Part shown: positions 56,027 to 64,000 of the stretch, piece by piece
Layout of the letters: every line of letters begins with the position of its first letter
Position numbering within the stretch: the first letter of the stretch is position 1
Source of the DNA: Candidatus Omnitrophota bacterium
GTDB lineage: Bacteria; Omnitrophota; Gorgyraeia; Zapsychrales; JANLHA01
Assembly (NCBI GenBank): GCA_029560465.1
Contig: JAKQKX010000016.1
Span: 206,221 to 270,220 of the forward strand
DNA: 64,000 nucleotides
Direction: 5' to 3'
Translations under genes and position numbers: made by a program
Notes under the pieces: model-generated
Told to the model about the DNA's origin: nothing
The model's database searches: none
The model's input: only the letters and a program-made list of their open reading frames with translations

Positions 56027-57148
56027 ATGGCGCAGCAGATAAAAAAAGTATTGGTCGTTAATATATTCGGCATCGGGGACGTGTTATTCACAACCCCGCT
56101 GTTGCGCAATATAAAGAATACCTATCCGGGCTGCTCGGTCATTTATGTGGCCAACCGGCGGGCGGCGGAAGCGCTTGAGCGCAACCCTTGCGTTGACCGG
56201 GTTATCATTTATGAGCGGAGTGATTTTGTCGCCGCTTTAAAGAAATCCCGGCGGCGGTACTGGTTGAAAATCGTTTCTTTTGTCCGGTCCATCCGCAACG
56301 AACAATGCGATATCGCCTTTGATCTGTCTTTAAACAGCGGCATCAATTTTTTGTTGTGGTGCTGCGGCATAAAAAATATCGTTGGCTATAAATATAGGAA
56401 CCGGAGTTTTTTCTTAAACCAGGCTATCCCGTTGTCGGGGTACGAGGACCGCCACGTCGTGGAGTATTACCTTGCCTTGGGAGAGGCCGCCGGCTTGAAA
56501 GGCGCGTCCCGGCATATGGAGTTGCCGTTCGCGTTTGAGGACCGGGCATGGGTGGAAGCGTGTTTTAAGAAAGAGGGGGTCCGGGGAGACGGCCCGGTTA
56601 TCGCGTTTTTCCCAGGCGGGGGCGCGTCCTGGGGCAAGGACGCCCGGTTCAAGCAGTGGCCCGTGGCTTCGTATGCCGGACTGATCAATAAAGTGATTGA
56701 AAAATTTTCAGCGAAGGTTATACTGTTGGGTGACCAGAAAGACCGGAGCTTGTCTCAGGGGCTCGCGCGGTCTGTTGCCGGGCCAGTCATCAATTTATGC
56801 GGGGACACGACCCTTTTGCAGATTGCGGCTTTGTTGACGCGCTGTGACGTCGCGGTGATGAATGATGGCGGGCCGCTGCATGTAGCGGTGGCTTCCGGCG
56901 TTCGAACCGTGTCAATTTTCGGCCCGGTGAATGAAATCGTGTATGGCCCTTACCCGAGGGAAGGGCATGAGGTCGTCACTTCTGCTATGATGTGCCGGCC
57001 GTGTTACCGGTATTTCCGCAGGGCGGAGTGCGCGCATGTGAGTTGTTTGAACCGCGTCACTCCGGAAGACGTGTTTGAAAAAATTGAAGTTATTTTATCA
57101 ACCCAGGGCAAAATCAAAGCCGGCGATAAAAACCGGGGGCAGGCATGA
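56027..57148 (+). CDS. Glycosyltransferase family 9 (LPS heptosyltransferase-like)
   Basis: GIGDVLFTTP, KQWP, NDGGPLHVA, SIFGP, CRPC...C...C motifs. Confidence 0.92.
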   Translation: MAQQIKKVLVVNIFGIGDVLFTTPLLRNIKNTYPGCSVIYVANRRAAEALERNPCVDRVIIYERSDFVAALKKSRRRYWLKIVSFVRSIRNEQCDIAFDLSLNSGINFLLWCCGIKNIVGYKYRNRSFFLNQAIPLSGYEDRHVVEYYLALGEAAGLKGASRHMELPFAFEDRAWVEACFKKEGVRGDGPVIAFFPGGGASWGKDARFKQWPVASYAGLINKVIEKFSAKVILLGDQKDRSLSQGLARSVAGPVINLCGDTTLLQIAALLTRCDVAVMNDGGPLHVAVASGVRTVSIFGPVNEIVYGPYPREGHEVVTSAMMCRPCYRYFRRAECAHVSCLNRVTPEDVFEKIEVILSTQGKIKAGDKNRGQA

Positions 57149-57212
57149 GTCGCCGGGTGTCCTTGGGGTTGGCCGGTCAGCTTTATTTATATTAGAGAAA
57201 GGCAGGATGTCC

Positions 57213-58316
57213 ATGAAGGTACCGTTTATCGATTTTTCCGGTCAGTATGAAGCGATTCAGGATGAGATCGAGGTGAATCTTAAGGCTGTGTTCCGGAAAG
57301 GAAATTTTATCCTGGGGCAGGAAGAAAAGCAGTTTGAGGAAGCCTTCGCCTGTTATTGCGGGGCACGATATGCGGTCGGGGTGAACTCCGGAACAGATGC
57401 GTTGTTCCTTGCTTTGGCGTCCCTGGACATTGGCGGCGGTGACGAAGTCATCCTGCCCACGCACACGTTTATCGCGACGGCGTTGTGTGTTTCTTATACT
57501 GGCGCGACCCCGGTTTTTGTTGATATTGACGAAACAACTTATAACATGAGTGTCGCGTCTTTGCAGGGCGCGATCACCAAGAGGACGAAGGCGATTATCC
57601 CGGTGCATCTTTATGGGCAGGCCGCGGACATGGATGAAATCAAAGCGATGGCCCGCCCCCAGGGCATTCAAGTCGTGGAGGACGCGGCCCAGGCCCACGG
57701 CGCTGTTTATAAAGGACAGAAGGTGGGGTCTCTGTCTGACCTGGCCTGTTTCAGTTTTTACCCGACAAAAAGCCTCGGCGCCTTCGGAGACGGAGGCATT
57801 GTGGTGACGAATAACGAGTCTTGCTATAAGAAAATTCTTATGTTGCGGGATTACGGCCGGGAGGGCCGGTATGAGCACAAAATCAAAGGGTATAATTCCC
57901 GGCTGGATACTGTCCAGGCCGTCGTCCTAGCCGCGAAACTCAAATTTTTGGATGAATGGAACCGGAAGCGCAATACGGTCGCGGCGTGGTATGGGAATCA
58001 CCTCAAGGACGTGCCGGGCGTGGTGCTGCCGCGGACGCTCCCTGACCGGACGCATATCTTTCAAACTTTCGCGGTCAGGATTAAAAACCGGGATGCGGTT
58101 TTGGAAGAGTTGCAGAAGAAGGGCGTTGGGGTTTTGATCCATTACCCGATTCCGGTCCATCTGCAGGAAGCTTATGCGGATGCCGGATATCAAAGAGGGG
58201 ATTTGCCGGCCGCCGAACGCGTCGCGGACGAGATTTTATCCCTTCCGATGTTCCCTCATATGTCGGAAGAACAGGTGGAATATGTCTGCCAGTCTTTGAA
58301 GGACGTGATGAGATAA
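57213..58316 (+). CDS. DegT/DnrJ/EryC1/StrS sugar aminotransferase
   Basis: SGTDAL, VHLYGQ, EDAAQAHG, FSFYPTKSLG with the catalytic Lys; start 57213 or 57207. Confidence 0.93.
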   Translation: MKVPFIDFSGQYEAIQDEIEVNLKAVFRKGNFILGQEEKQFEEAFACYCGARYAVGVNSGTDALFLALASLDIGGGDEVILPTHTFIATALCVSYTGATPVFVDIDETTYNMSVASLQGAITKRTKAIIPVHLYGQAADMDEIKAMARPQGIQVVEDAAQAHGAVYKGQKVGSLSDLACFSFYPTKSLGAFGDGGIVVTNNESCYKKILMLRDYGREGRYEHKIKGYNSRLDTVQAVVLAAKLKFLDEWNRKRNTVAAWYGNHLKDVPGVVLPRTLPDRTHIFQTFAVRIKNRDAVLEELQKKGVGVLIHYPIPVHLQEAYADAGYQRGDLPAAERVADEILSLPMFPHMSEEQVEYVCQSLKDVMR

Positions 58317-58530
58317 ATATTTTATGAGGTGAACTTAACCATCCGCCGCCTTTTGTAGAGGACCTGTCTCTAGGGAAAATTTTTTCCCTGTTGGATTGTT
58401 TTCCCTTCTGGAATTTTTTGTGGTTTTGGCAGCAGTATTTAAAGAATATCGTGTCTGATATCCCGCCGCAAGCCCATTTTCTTTTGATTGTCCCTGCTTG
58501 ATCTTCAGAGTAAAAAAAACGCTATTTGCA

Positions 58531-58559
58531 TTGATTCTCACCCTGCCGTTTTGTATACT
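58531..58559 (+). promoter_or_regulatory. Putative promoter
   Basis: TTGATT (58531-58536) - 17 nt - TATACT (58554-58559). Confidence 0.6.
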
Positions 58560-58579
58560 TATACAGTGATTTTAACAAA

Positions 58580-59356
58580 ATGGCCAAAATCCCGCTAACA
58601 GTTGTTATTCTTGCCAAGAATGAGGAAGCCGTTATTGGCGCCTGTTGTGAAAGCGTTTTTGGCTGGGTTGATGAAATTCTTGTTGTGGACGATACCAGCT
58701 CCGACCACACGGTTGATATTGTAAAACGTTATACAAGTCGGGTTTATACCCAGGCCATGTTGAACGAAGGGCGGCACCGAAACTGGGGGTATGCCTTGGC
58801 TCAAAACGATTGGGTTTTGAGCCTTGATGCCGATGAGCGGGTTTCTGAGGGGCTCCGGGACGAGATGTGTTCGGGGCTTTTTAAAACCGGCACTGAAAAA
58901 GCCTGGGCCATCCCGATTAAAACTTATATTGGTGACTATTGGGTCCGTTACGCTGGCTGGTATCCGGCCAGTAAGATTCGGCTTTTTGATAAGAATTTCT
59001 TCCGTTATGAAGAAGCGGAAGTGCATCCCAGGGCTTTTGTGGATGGGCCGGTCGGGGAACTGCGGCAGGCGATTGTTCATCTGGGATATCCTGATTTTGA
59101 ACATTTTTTGGCCAGTTTGAACCGCCAGACGACATTAGAAGCACGGAAATGGGCCCGGACGGGGGTCAATATGCCTTTGGGCCGTGCAGTTCGCCGCACG
59201 CTGGACCGTTTTATGAGGTCCTATTTCCGGAAAAGAGGCTATAAAGACGGGTTTATGGGATTTATGGTGGCGTTTTTTGCCGCATTATATCAGTTGATGA
59301 GTTATGCCAAATATTGGCAAATAAAGAAAAATGAAATAAATCATGAAAGGTTATGA
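58580..59356 (+). CDS. Glycosyltransferase family 2 (WaaE/KdtX-like)
   Basis: ILAKNEE, VDDTSSDHT, WVLSLDADE, RLF...VH, GYKDGFMG motifs. Confidence 0.9.
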   Translation: MAKIPLTVVILAKNEEAVIGACCESVFGWVDEILVVDDTSSDHTVDIVKRYTSRVYTQAMLNEGRHRNWGYALAQNDWVLSLDADERVSEGLRDEMCSGLFKTGTEKAWAIPIKTYIGDYWVRYAGWYPASKIRLFDKNFFRYEEAEVHPRAFVDGPVGELRQAIVHLGYPDFEHFLASLNRQTTLEARKWARTGVNMPLGRAVRRTLDRFMRSYFRKRGYKDGFMGFMVAFFAALYQLMSYAKYWQIKKNEINHERL

Positions 59357-60021
59357 TGGAAAGTAAAGGGCAGCCAGTGTCTGAACGAGAACTTAAGATC
59401 GTATTTTTGGACCGTGACGGGGTGATTAACGTCTTTCCAGGGCATGGGAAATATGTGACCAAGGTCAAAGATTTCCATTTTTTGCCCCGGGCCCTGGATG
59501 CGATGAAATTGCTCTCGGATGCGGGGTACACCATCTTTGTGGTTTCCAACCAGGCCGGGGTCGGCCGGGGTGTGTTTTCCCAGGATAAATTAAACCGCAT
59601 CACTCGTAAAATGATGGCGGGCGTGGAAAAGGCGGGGGCCCGGATCAAGAAAGTGTATTATTGCACGCACCGTCCGGATGCGGGTTGCAGTTGCCGCAAA
59701 CCCGATATCGGTTCGGTTCGCCGTGCGCTGAAATCGGTTGAAAAAACGCTGGATTCCGCACGTAAAACATATTTTGTCGGGGATACCAAACAGGATATTG
59801 AAACCGGTTATAATGCCGGGTGCAAAACAGTTTTTGTCCTTTCCGGGCGGGAGAACCGGCGCTATATGAATGGCTGGATCGTTAAGCCTGATTATATTGT
59901 AAAAGACCTTTATGACGCGGCCAAAATCATTTGCGGTCAAAACGGTTTTCAGAAACCGGCGAAACCCGTGAAAACGGCTTGCCCTGCTCCCAACAAGTCG
60001 GGTACAGTAAAAAGAAAATAA
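59353..60021 (+). CDS. gmhB: D-glycero-D-manno-heptose-1,7-bisphosphate phosphatase (HAD IIIA)
   Basis: FLDRDGVIN, SNQAGVGRG, CTH...CSCRKP, VGD motifs. Confidence 0.88.
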   Translation: MMESKGQPVSERELKIVFLDRDGVINVFPGHGKYVTKVKDFHFLPRALDAMKLLSDAGYTIFVVSNQAGVGRGVFSQDKLNRITRKMMAGVEKAGARIKKVYYCTHRPDAGCSCRKPDIGSVRRALKSVEKTLDSARKTYFVGDTKQDIETGYNAGCKTVFVLSGRENRRYMNGWIVKPDYIVKDLYDAAKIICGQNGFQKPAKPVKTACPAPNKSGTVKRK

Positions 60022-60058
60022 ACATTTTCCCGTTATCAACAAGGCGTTTTCATAACGT

Positions 60059-61138
60059 ATGAAAATTCTGGTGATTTACGCTACGGCCGGGGCTGGGCAT
60101 CGAAAAGCCGCTGAGGCCATTTCTAAGGGGTTTGTGCTTTCCTCTCACCAGGTTCATTACGTTGACGCGCTGGATTATACCAGCCGTTTTTATAAACATA
60201 TTTACACCCAGACATACACGTTCTTAATCAGCCGGATCCCCTGGCTGTGGGGATTATTGTTTCGCCTTTTGGATATCCCGGCCCTTTTGCCCCTGGTCAG
60301 GAGTCTCCGCCGTATTCAGAACGCGATTCATGCCGGGCCATTAGCCCGGTTTCTTGTCCGGGAGCAGTTTGACTGCATCTTTTCCACCCATTTTTTCCCC
60401 TGCGAGGTGGCGAGTTATTTGAAAAGGCAGGGGCGGATCTCGTCCCGGCTTATCTGCACCGTCACGGATTATGATGTCCACTCGATTTGGGTCAGCCGGG
60501 GAGTCGATTATTACACGGTCGCGACAGACTGGACCAAACGGAAAATGCAGCATCTCGGAGTTCCAGACTCGCTGATTGCGGTGACAGGGATTCCGACAGA
60601 TGAGAAATTTTCTCAGCACAAAAATCTGGGCGCGCTCCGGACGCGGCTGGGGTTGCAGCCCGGGGAGACGACGGTGCTGATTGCCACGGGATCGTTCGGG
60701 ATCGGCCCTATTGAAGAAATTATCAATCAGTTGAACGGGTTTCAGCTGGTGGTCGTCTGCGGTCATAATAAAAGCCTTTACCAGAAATTGAGTCAGCAGA
60801 AAAAAACGCTTGTCAAAGTGTGCGGGCTGGTTGACAATATGGATGAATTGATGGCGGCTTCTGATGTTATGGTGACCAAGCCGGGAGGTTTGTCGATCTC
60901 AGAGGCCTTGGTCACTGGCCTGCCACTTGTTTTCTTTAACGCGATCCCGGGCCAGGAAACCAATAACATCAAGGTCCTTGAAACATACGGGATTGGCCGG
61001 CTCTGCGTGACCGTTGACCAGATTGCGCAAACCCTCCGTGGATTCAAAAATGACCCCCAAGCATTGAGCGCCGCAAAGTCCCGGGTTCAGTTGCTGGCGA
61101 GGCCAGGGGCGGTCAAAGACATTATTAAGCTTTTGTAA
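60059..61138 (+). CDS. GT28 glycolipid synthase (MGDG synthase/UgtP-like)
   Basis: GAGHRKAAEA, VTDYDVH..W, TGIP, TKPGGLSISEA, IPGQE..N motifs. Confidence 0.88.
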   Translation: MKILVIYATAGAGHRKAAEAISKGFVLSSHQVHYVDALDYTSRFYKHIYTQTYTFLISRIPWLWGLLFRLLDIPALLPLVRSLRRIQNAIHAGPLARFLVREQFDCIFSTHFFPCEVASYLKRQGRISSRLICTVTDYDVHSIWVSRGVDYYTVATDWTKRKMQHLGVPDSLIAVTGIPTDEKFSQHKNLGALRTRLGLQPGETTVLIATGSFGIGPIEEIINQLNGFQLVVVCGHNKSLYQKLSQQKKTLVKVCGLVDNMDELMAASDVMVTKPGGLSISEALVTGLPLVFFNAIPGQETNNIKVLETYGIGRLCVTVDQIAQTLRGFKNDPQALSAAKSRVQLLARPGAVKDIIKLL

Positions 61139-61220
61139 ATGAAATTCAAAAAAACGGTTTGACCTTCTGTGCCTTTGCAAAGGCTGTCCTTTCAAGAGGC
61201 TTGGAGAAGAGTTTAAGGTT

Positions 61221-63074
61221 ATGCCCCGAACTATTGCTGAAATTGTTGTCCCTCTTCCGATTGAAGGGCCTTTTGATTATGCGGTCAGCCCGGAGATGGC
61301 GGAAAGCATCGCGGAAGGGCAAAGGGTTTATGTCCCTTTCGGGAACCGGTCGCTTGTGGGGTTTGTGGTGGGGTTTAAGACGCAGAGCGTGTCAAAAGTT
61401 TTAAAGCCGATAAGCCAGGTTCTTGATATAATTCCGTCTTTGGATCAGAACGCCATGACTTTGGCCAGGGATTTTTCCTGTTATTATGGTTGTTCTTTAG
61501 GGGAAGCGATTGAGACAATCCTGCCCGCCGCCTTGCGTAAGAAGGTGCGGTGGGACGGCGGGGTGGCTGCTCCAGTTCCTTTTTCTTTAAAAAAACAAGA
61601 ATCCCCCCGGCATGTTGTGTGCCAGGAGTTCCTGGATGAGCGCGGTTGGGGCTGGCTTTGTGAACGGATAGGCCCGGCCTTGAAGGACGGGCGGGGGGTT
61701 CTTGTTTTGGCGCCGGAAGTGTTACAAGCGCAAAAAATTAAGCTCCGGCTTGAGAAAGATTTCAGGGCAGAGGTTGTGTTGCTGGGCCGTCGGCTTCCCG
61801 CCAAAACAGAGCTGGAAGTGTGGGCCAAGGTCAAGAGCGGGGAAAAAAAGTTTGTGGTGGGGACCCGGTCAGCGGTTTTTTCCCCGGTGCAGAACTTGGG
61901 GTTGATTGTGGTTATTGAGGAAGAGAACCGTTCTTTCAAACAGGAACAGACCCCATTTTATCACGCACGGGATATTGTCATGATGCGGGCCCGTATTGAA
62001 GGGGCGCAAGCCGTTTTCAGCTCCTGTGCGCCTTCGGCGGAATTGATGCATGAGGCGCGGTGCCGGGATTTTGAAAGAATATCCCTTCTGCCGGATTTCC
62101 AAGGCCGGATGCAGATTATTGATTTGTCTAATTACAGGCCGAACCGGAAAAGGATCCTTTCTTATCCGGTGCAAACCCGTATTCAGGAGGTTTTAAAGGA
62201 GCGGGGTCGCCTGTTGCTTTATTATAACCGTTTGGGTTTTTACACCGCCACCCGGTGTGGTGGTTGCGGAGAGGCTTTTCGTTGCCAGCGGTGCGACATT
62301 GTTGTCCCATATCTTTTTGAGCGCAAGAGCATGGTTTGCCCGTTATGTGGCTGGACAGCGCCTCTTCCGGATGTCTGCCCGCAGTGTCAGGGGAAATACC
62401 TGCGGTCCTGGGGCATTGGGCATGAGAAAGTCGAAAGTGAATGCGCCAGAATTTTCCCGGAGGCCCGGATCGTGCGGGTGGACAAGGACACAAACCGGAT
62501 CCCTTCAGGGGGGGATATCGTTGTTGCGACTCAGGCGGTCTGGCGTTATTTGGATGAGCTGAATTTCCATACTGTTGTTGTTCTTGACTTTGATGCTGAG
62601 TTGAGCCGTCCGGATTTCCGTTGCGGTCAACAGGCGTTTACCCTGTTGACCCGGCTGCATAAGTCTGCGGAACATCAGCTTATTGTGCAAACGCATCAGC
62701 CGGACAATTATATCCTTACTGCGGTGAGGGATGGGGATTCAGAGGCGTTTTATAAGAAAGAATTAAAACTCCGCCAGGAATCCGGGCTCCCTCCCTTTCG
62801 GCATTTGGTGGAAGTGACGTTGCGGGGTTTGATGGAAGAAGCTGTGCGGGAGCATATTCAGATTTTGTATGAAAAGCTGCGGGCCGGGCAGGAACCGGAT
62901 CTTGAAGTCTTGGCGCCCCAGCCGGATTTTCATCCGAAATTGCGGGACCAGTACCGTTTTATGATTATGCTCAAAACCTCCTCTTTGGAGAAGGCGCACG
63001 CTTTAATTCGCGGTGTTCAGAAAGCCATGAAGAGACGCAGCCGTTTGATTTTGACCGTGCAGGTCGACCCTTGA
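61221..63074 (+). CDS. priA: Primosomal protein N' (PriA) with degenerate helicase motifs
   Basis: N-terminal 3'-DNA-binding domain (FDY...GQRVYVPFG), GTRSAVFSP, YHARD, eight-Cys zinc region, GLPPF, QVDP end. Confidence 0.9.
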   Translation: MPRTIAEIVVPLPIEGPFDYAVSPEMAESIAEGQRVYVPFGNRSLVGFVVGFKTQSVSKVLKPISQVLDIIPSLDQNAMTLARDFSCYYGCSLGEAIETILPAALRKKVRWDGGVAAPVPFSLKKQESPRHVVCQEFLDERGWGWLCERIGPALKDGRGVLVLAPEVLQAQKIKLRLEKDFRAEVVLLGRRLPAKTELEVWAKVKSGEKKFVVGTRSAVFSPVQNLGLIVVIEEENRSFKQEQTPFYHARDIVMMRARIEGAQAVFSSCAPSAELMHEARCRDFERISLLPDFQGRMQIIDLSNYRPNRKRILSYPVQTRIQEVLKERGRLLLYYNRLGFYTATRCGGCGEAFRCQRCDIVVPYLFERKSMVCPLCGWTAPLPDVCPQCQGKYLRSWGIGHEKVESECARIFPEARIVRVDKDTNRIPSGGDIVVATQAVWRYLDELNFHTVVVLDFDAELSRPDFRCGQQAFTLLTRLHKSAEHQLIVQTHQPDNYILTAVRDGDSEAFYKKELKLRQESGLPPFRHLVEVTLRGLMEEAVREHIQILYEKLRAGQEPDLEVLAPQPDFHPKLRDQYRFMIMLKTSSLEKAHALIRGVQKAMKRRSRLILTVQVDP

Positions 63075-63093
63075 GGAGGCTTTAGGAGGGAAC

Positions 63094-64000
63094 ATGAAGA
63101 TTGTCTTTTTCGGCAGTGATGATTTTGCCGTCACGAATTTACAGGCTTTGATTCAGTCCGGGCGCCGGGTTATGGCGTGCGTGACCCCTCCGGATCCGGA
63201 AAAAGGGCGCGGGTTGCGCACCTCTTTCCCACCGGTGAAAGCGTGCGCCCTGGAACATGAAATCCCGGTCTTCCAGCCGGATAGCCTAGAAGACGGATCT
63301 TTTCTCCGGGCGATCCGGGGATTTCAGAGCGATCTTTTTGTGGTGATCGCCTACGGCAAGGTTCTACCGGAATCGCTTTTGTCCGTTCCGCGGCTTTTTT
63401 CTGTGAATGTCCATGCTTCGCTTTTGCCGAAATACCGGGGCGCGGCGCCGATCAACTGGGCGATTATCAACGGGGAACGGCAGACGGGGGTTACGGTCAT
63501 TAAATTGAGCCCCTGCATCGACGCCGGGGACATCTTGTCCCAGTCCCGGCTGGACATTGAAGACGCGGATACGGCCGTTACTTTACGCGAAAAGTTGGCC
63601 AGACTAGGGGCGGGATTATTAAATGACACGATTCAGGCGGTTCAGTCCGGGCAGGTTCAATGTGTTCCTCAGGAAAGAAAAGAGGCGACATTCGCGCCTA
63701 AATTGACCAAGCAACTCGGGAAAATTGATTGGCAGCACCCGGCGCAGCGCATTCATAACCTGGTGCGCGGCTTGCAGCCTTGGCCGTCCGCATATACTTT
63801 TTATAAAGGCAAATTGTTAAAAATTTTGGAAACGGAAGTCGTCTCTGGATCTGCCGGGACGCCGGGAACAGTCATCGGGGTTGTCCCTGCCGGTTTTATC
63901 GTTCAGACCGGGGATCAGGGCCTTTGCGTGAGGAAGGTCCACTTGGCGTCGGCCAAGGCCATGGTGGCTGAAGATTTTGTTCGCGGGCACCGGCTTGACC
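63094..64000 (+). CDS. fmt: Methionyl-tRNA formyltransferase (3'-truncated by window edge)
   Basis: Absent from the ORF track because there is no stop in the window; translated by hand as MKIVFFGSDDFA...VIAYGKVL...NVHASLLPKYRGAAPINWAI; SD AGGAGG. Confidence 0.95.
   Translation, partial: MKIVFFGSDDFAVTNLQALIQSGRRVMACVTPPDPEKGRGLRTSFPPVKACALEHEIPVFQPDSLEDGSFLRAIRGFQSDLFVVIAYGKVLPESLLSVPRLFSVNVHASLLPKYRGAAPINWAIINGERQTGVTVIKLSPCIDAGDILSQSRLDIEDADTAVTLREKLARLGAGLLNDTIQAVQSGQVQCVPQERKEATFAPKLTKQLGKIDWQHPAQRIHNLVRGLQPWPSAYTFYKGKLLKILETEVVSGSAGTPGTVIGVVPAGFIVQTGDQGLCVRKVHLASAKAMVAEDFVRGHRLD

Noticed and set aside
1-64000. CRISPR arrays, IS elements, prophage, rRNA or tRNA genes
   Set aside because: No regularly spaced DNA repeats, transposase, integrase or phage genes, or structural RNA signatures were seen by eye; Infernal and tRNAscan runs would be needed to exclude small RNAs.

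Overview
Gene-dense bacterial chromosomal segment; all but two genes lie on the + strand. The host is a diderm (LptD, GT9 heptosyltransferase-like enzyme, GmhB). Omnitrophota/PVC is my tentative guess and is inference only. In order: (1) the 3' end of a large cysteine-rich repeat protein running in from the left edge; (2) a YtrA/GntR-ABC operon followed by an M50-like peptidase, a PrsW protease, an exosortase K-like enzyme and an MSEP-CTERM-like substrate with a variant 'TPAP' sorting signal; (3) TPR-SPOR, miaA, hflX; (4) a heat-shock supercluster (HspR-like MerR regulator, hsp20, clpB, short hrcA, grpE, dnaK, dnaJ) with two CIRCE elements and a DnaK with archaeal-like signatures; (5) DUF1015, accD, an orphan MsmX/UgpC ATPase overlapping two tandem GAF-GGDEF cyclases, ROK kinase, lptD; (6) a surface-glycan cluster with an E1-alpha/beta ThDP pair lacking E2/E3, a B12-radical SAM enzyme, HddA/HddC-like enzymes and a His-for-Lys ColD-type PLP enzyme; (7) a minus-strand pair of a catalytically dead M48-like protein and a secreted MORN/YwqK-repeat protein; (8) ttcA-like, manC, LPS/glycolipid genes, a PriA with degenerate helicase motifs, and fmt truncated at the right edge. 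I saw no rRNA, tRNA, CRISPR array or mobile element. All family calls are from motif recognition by eye; no searches were run.
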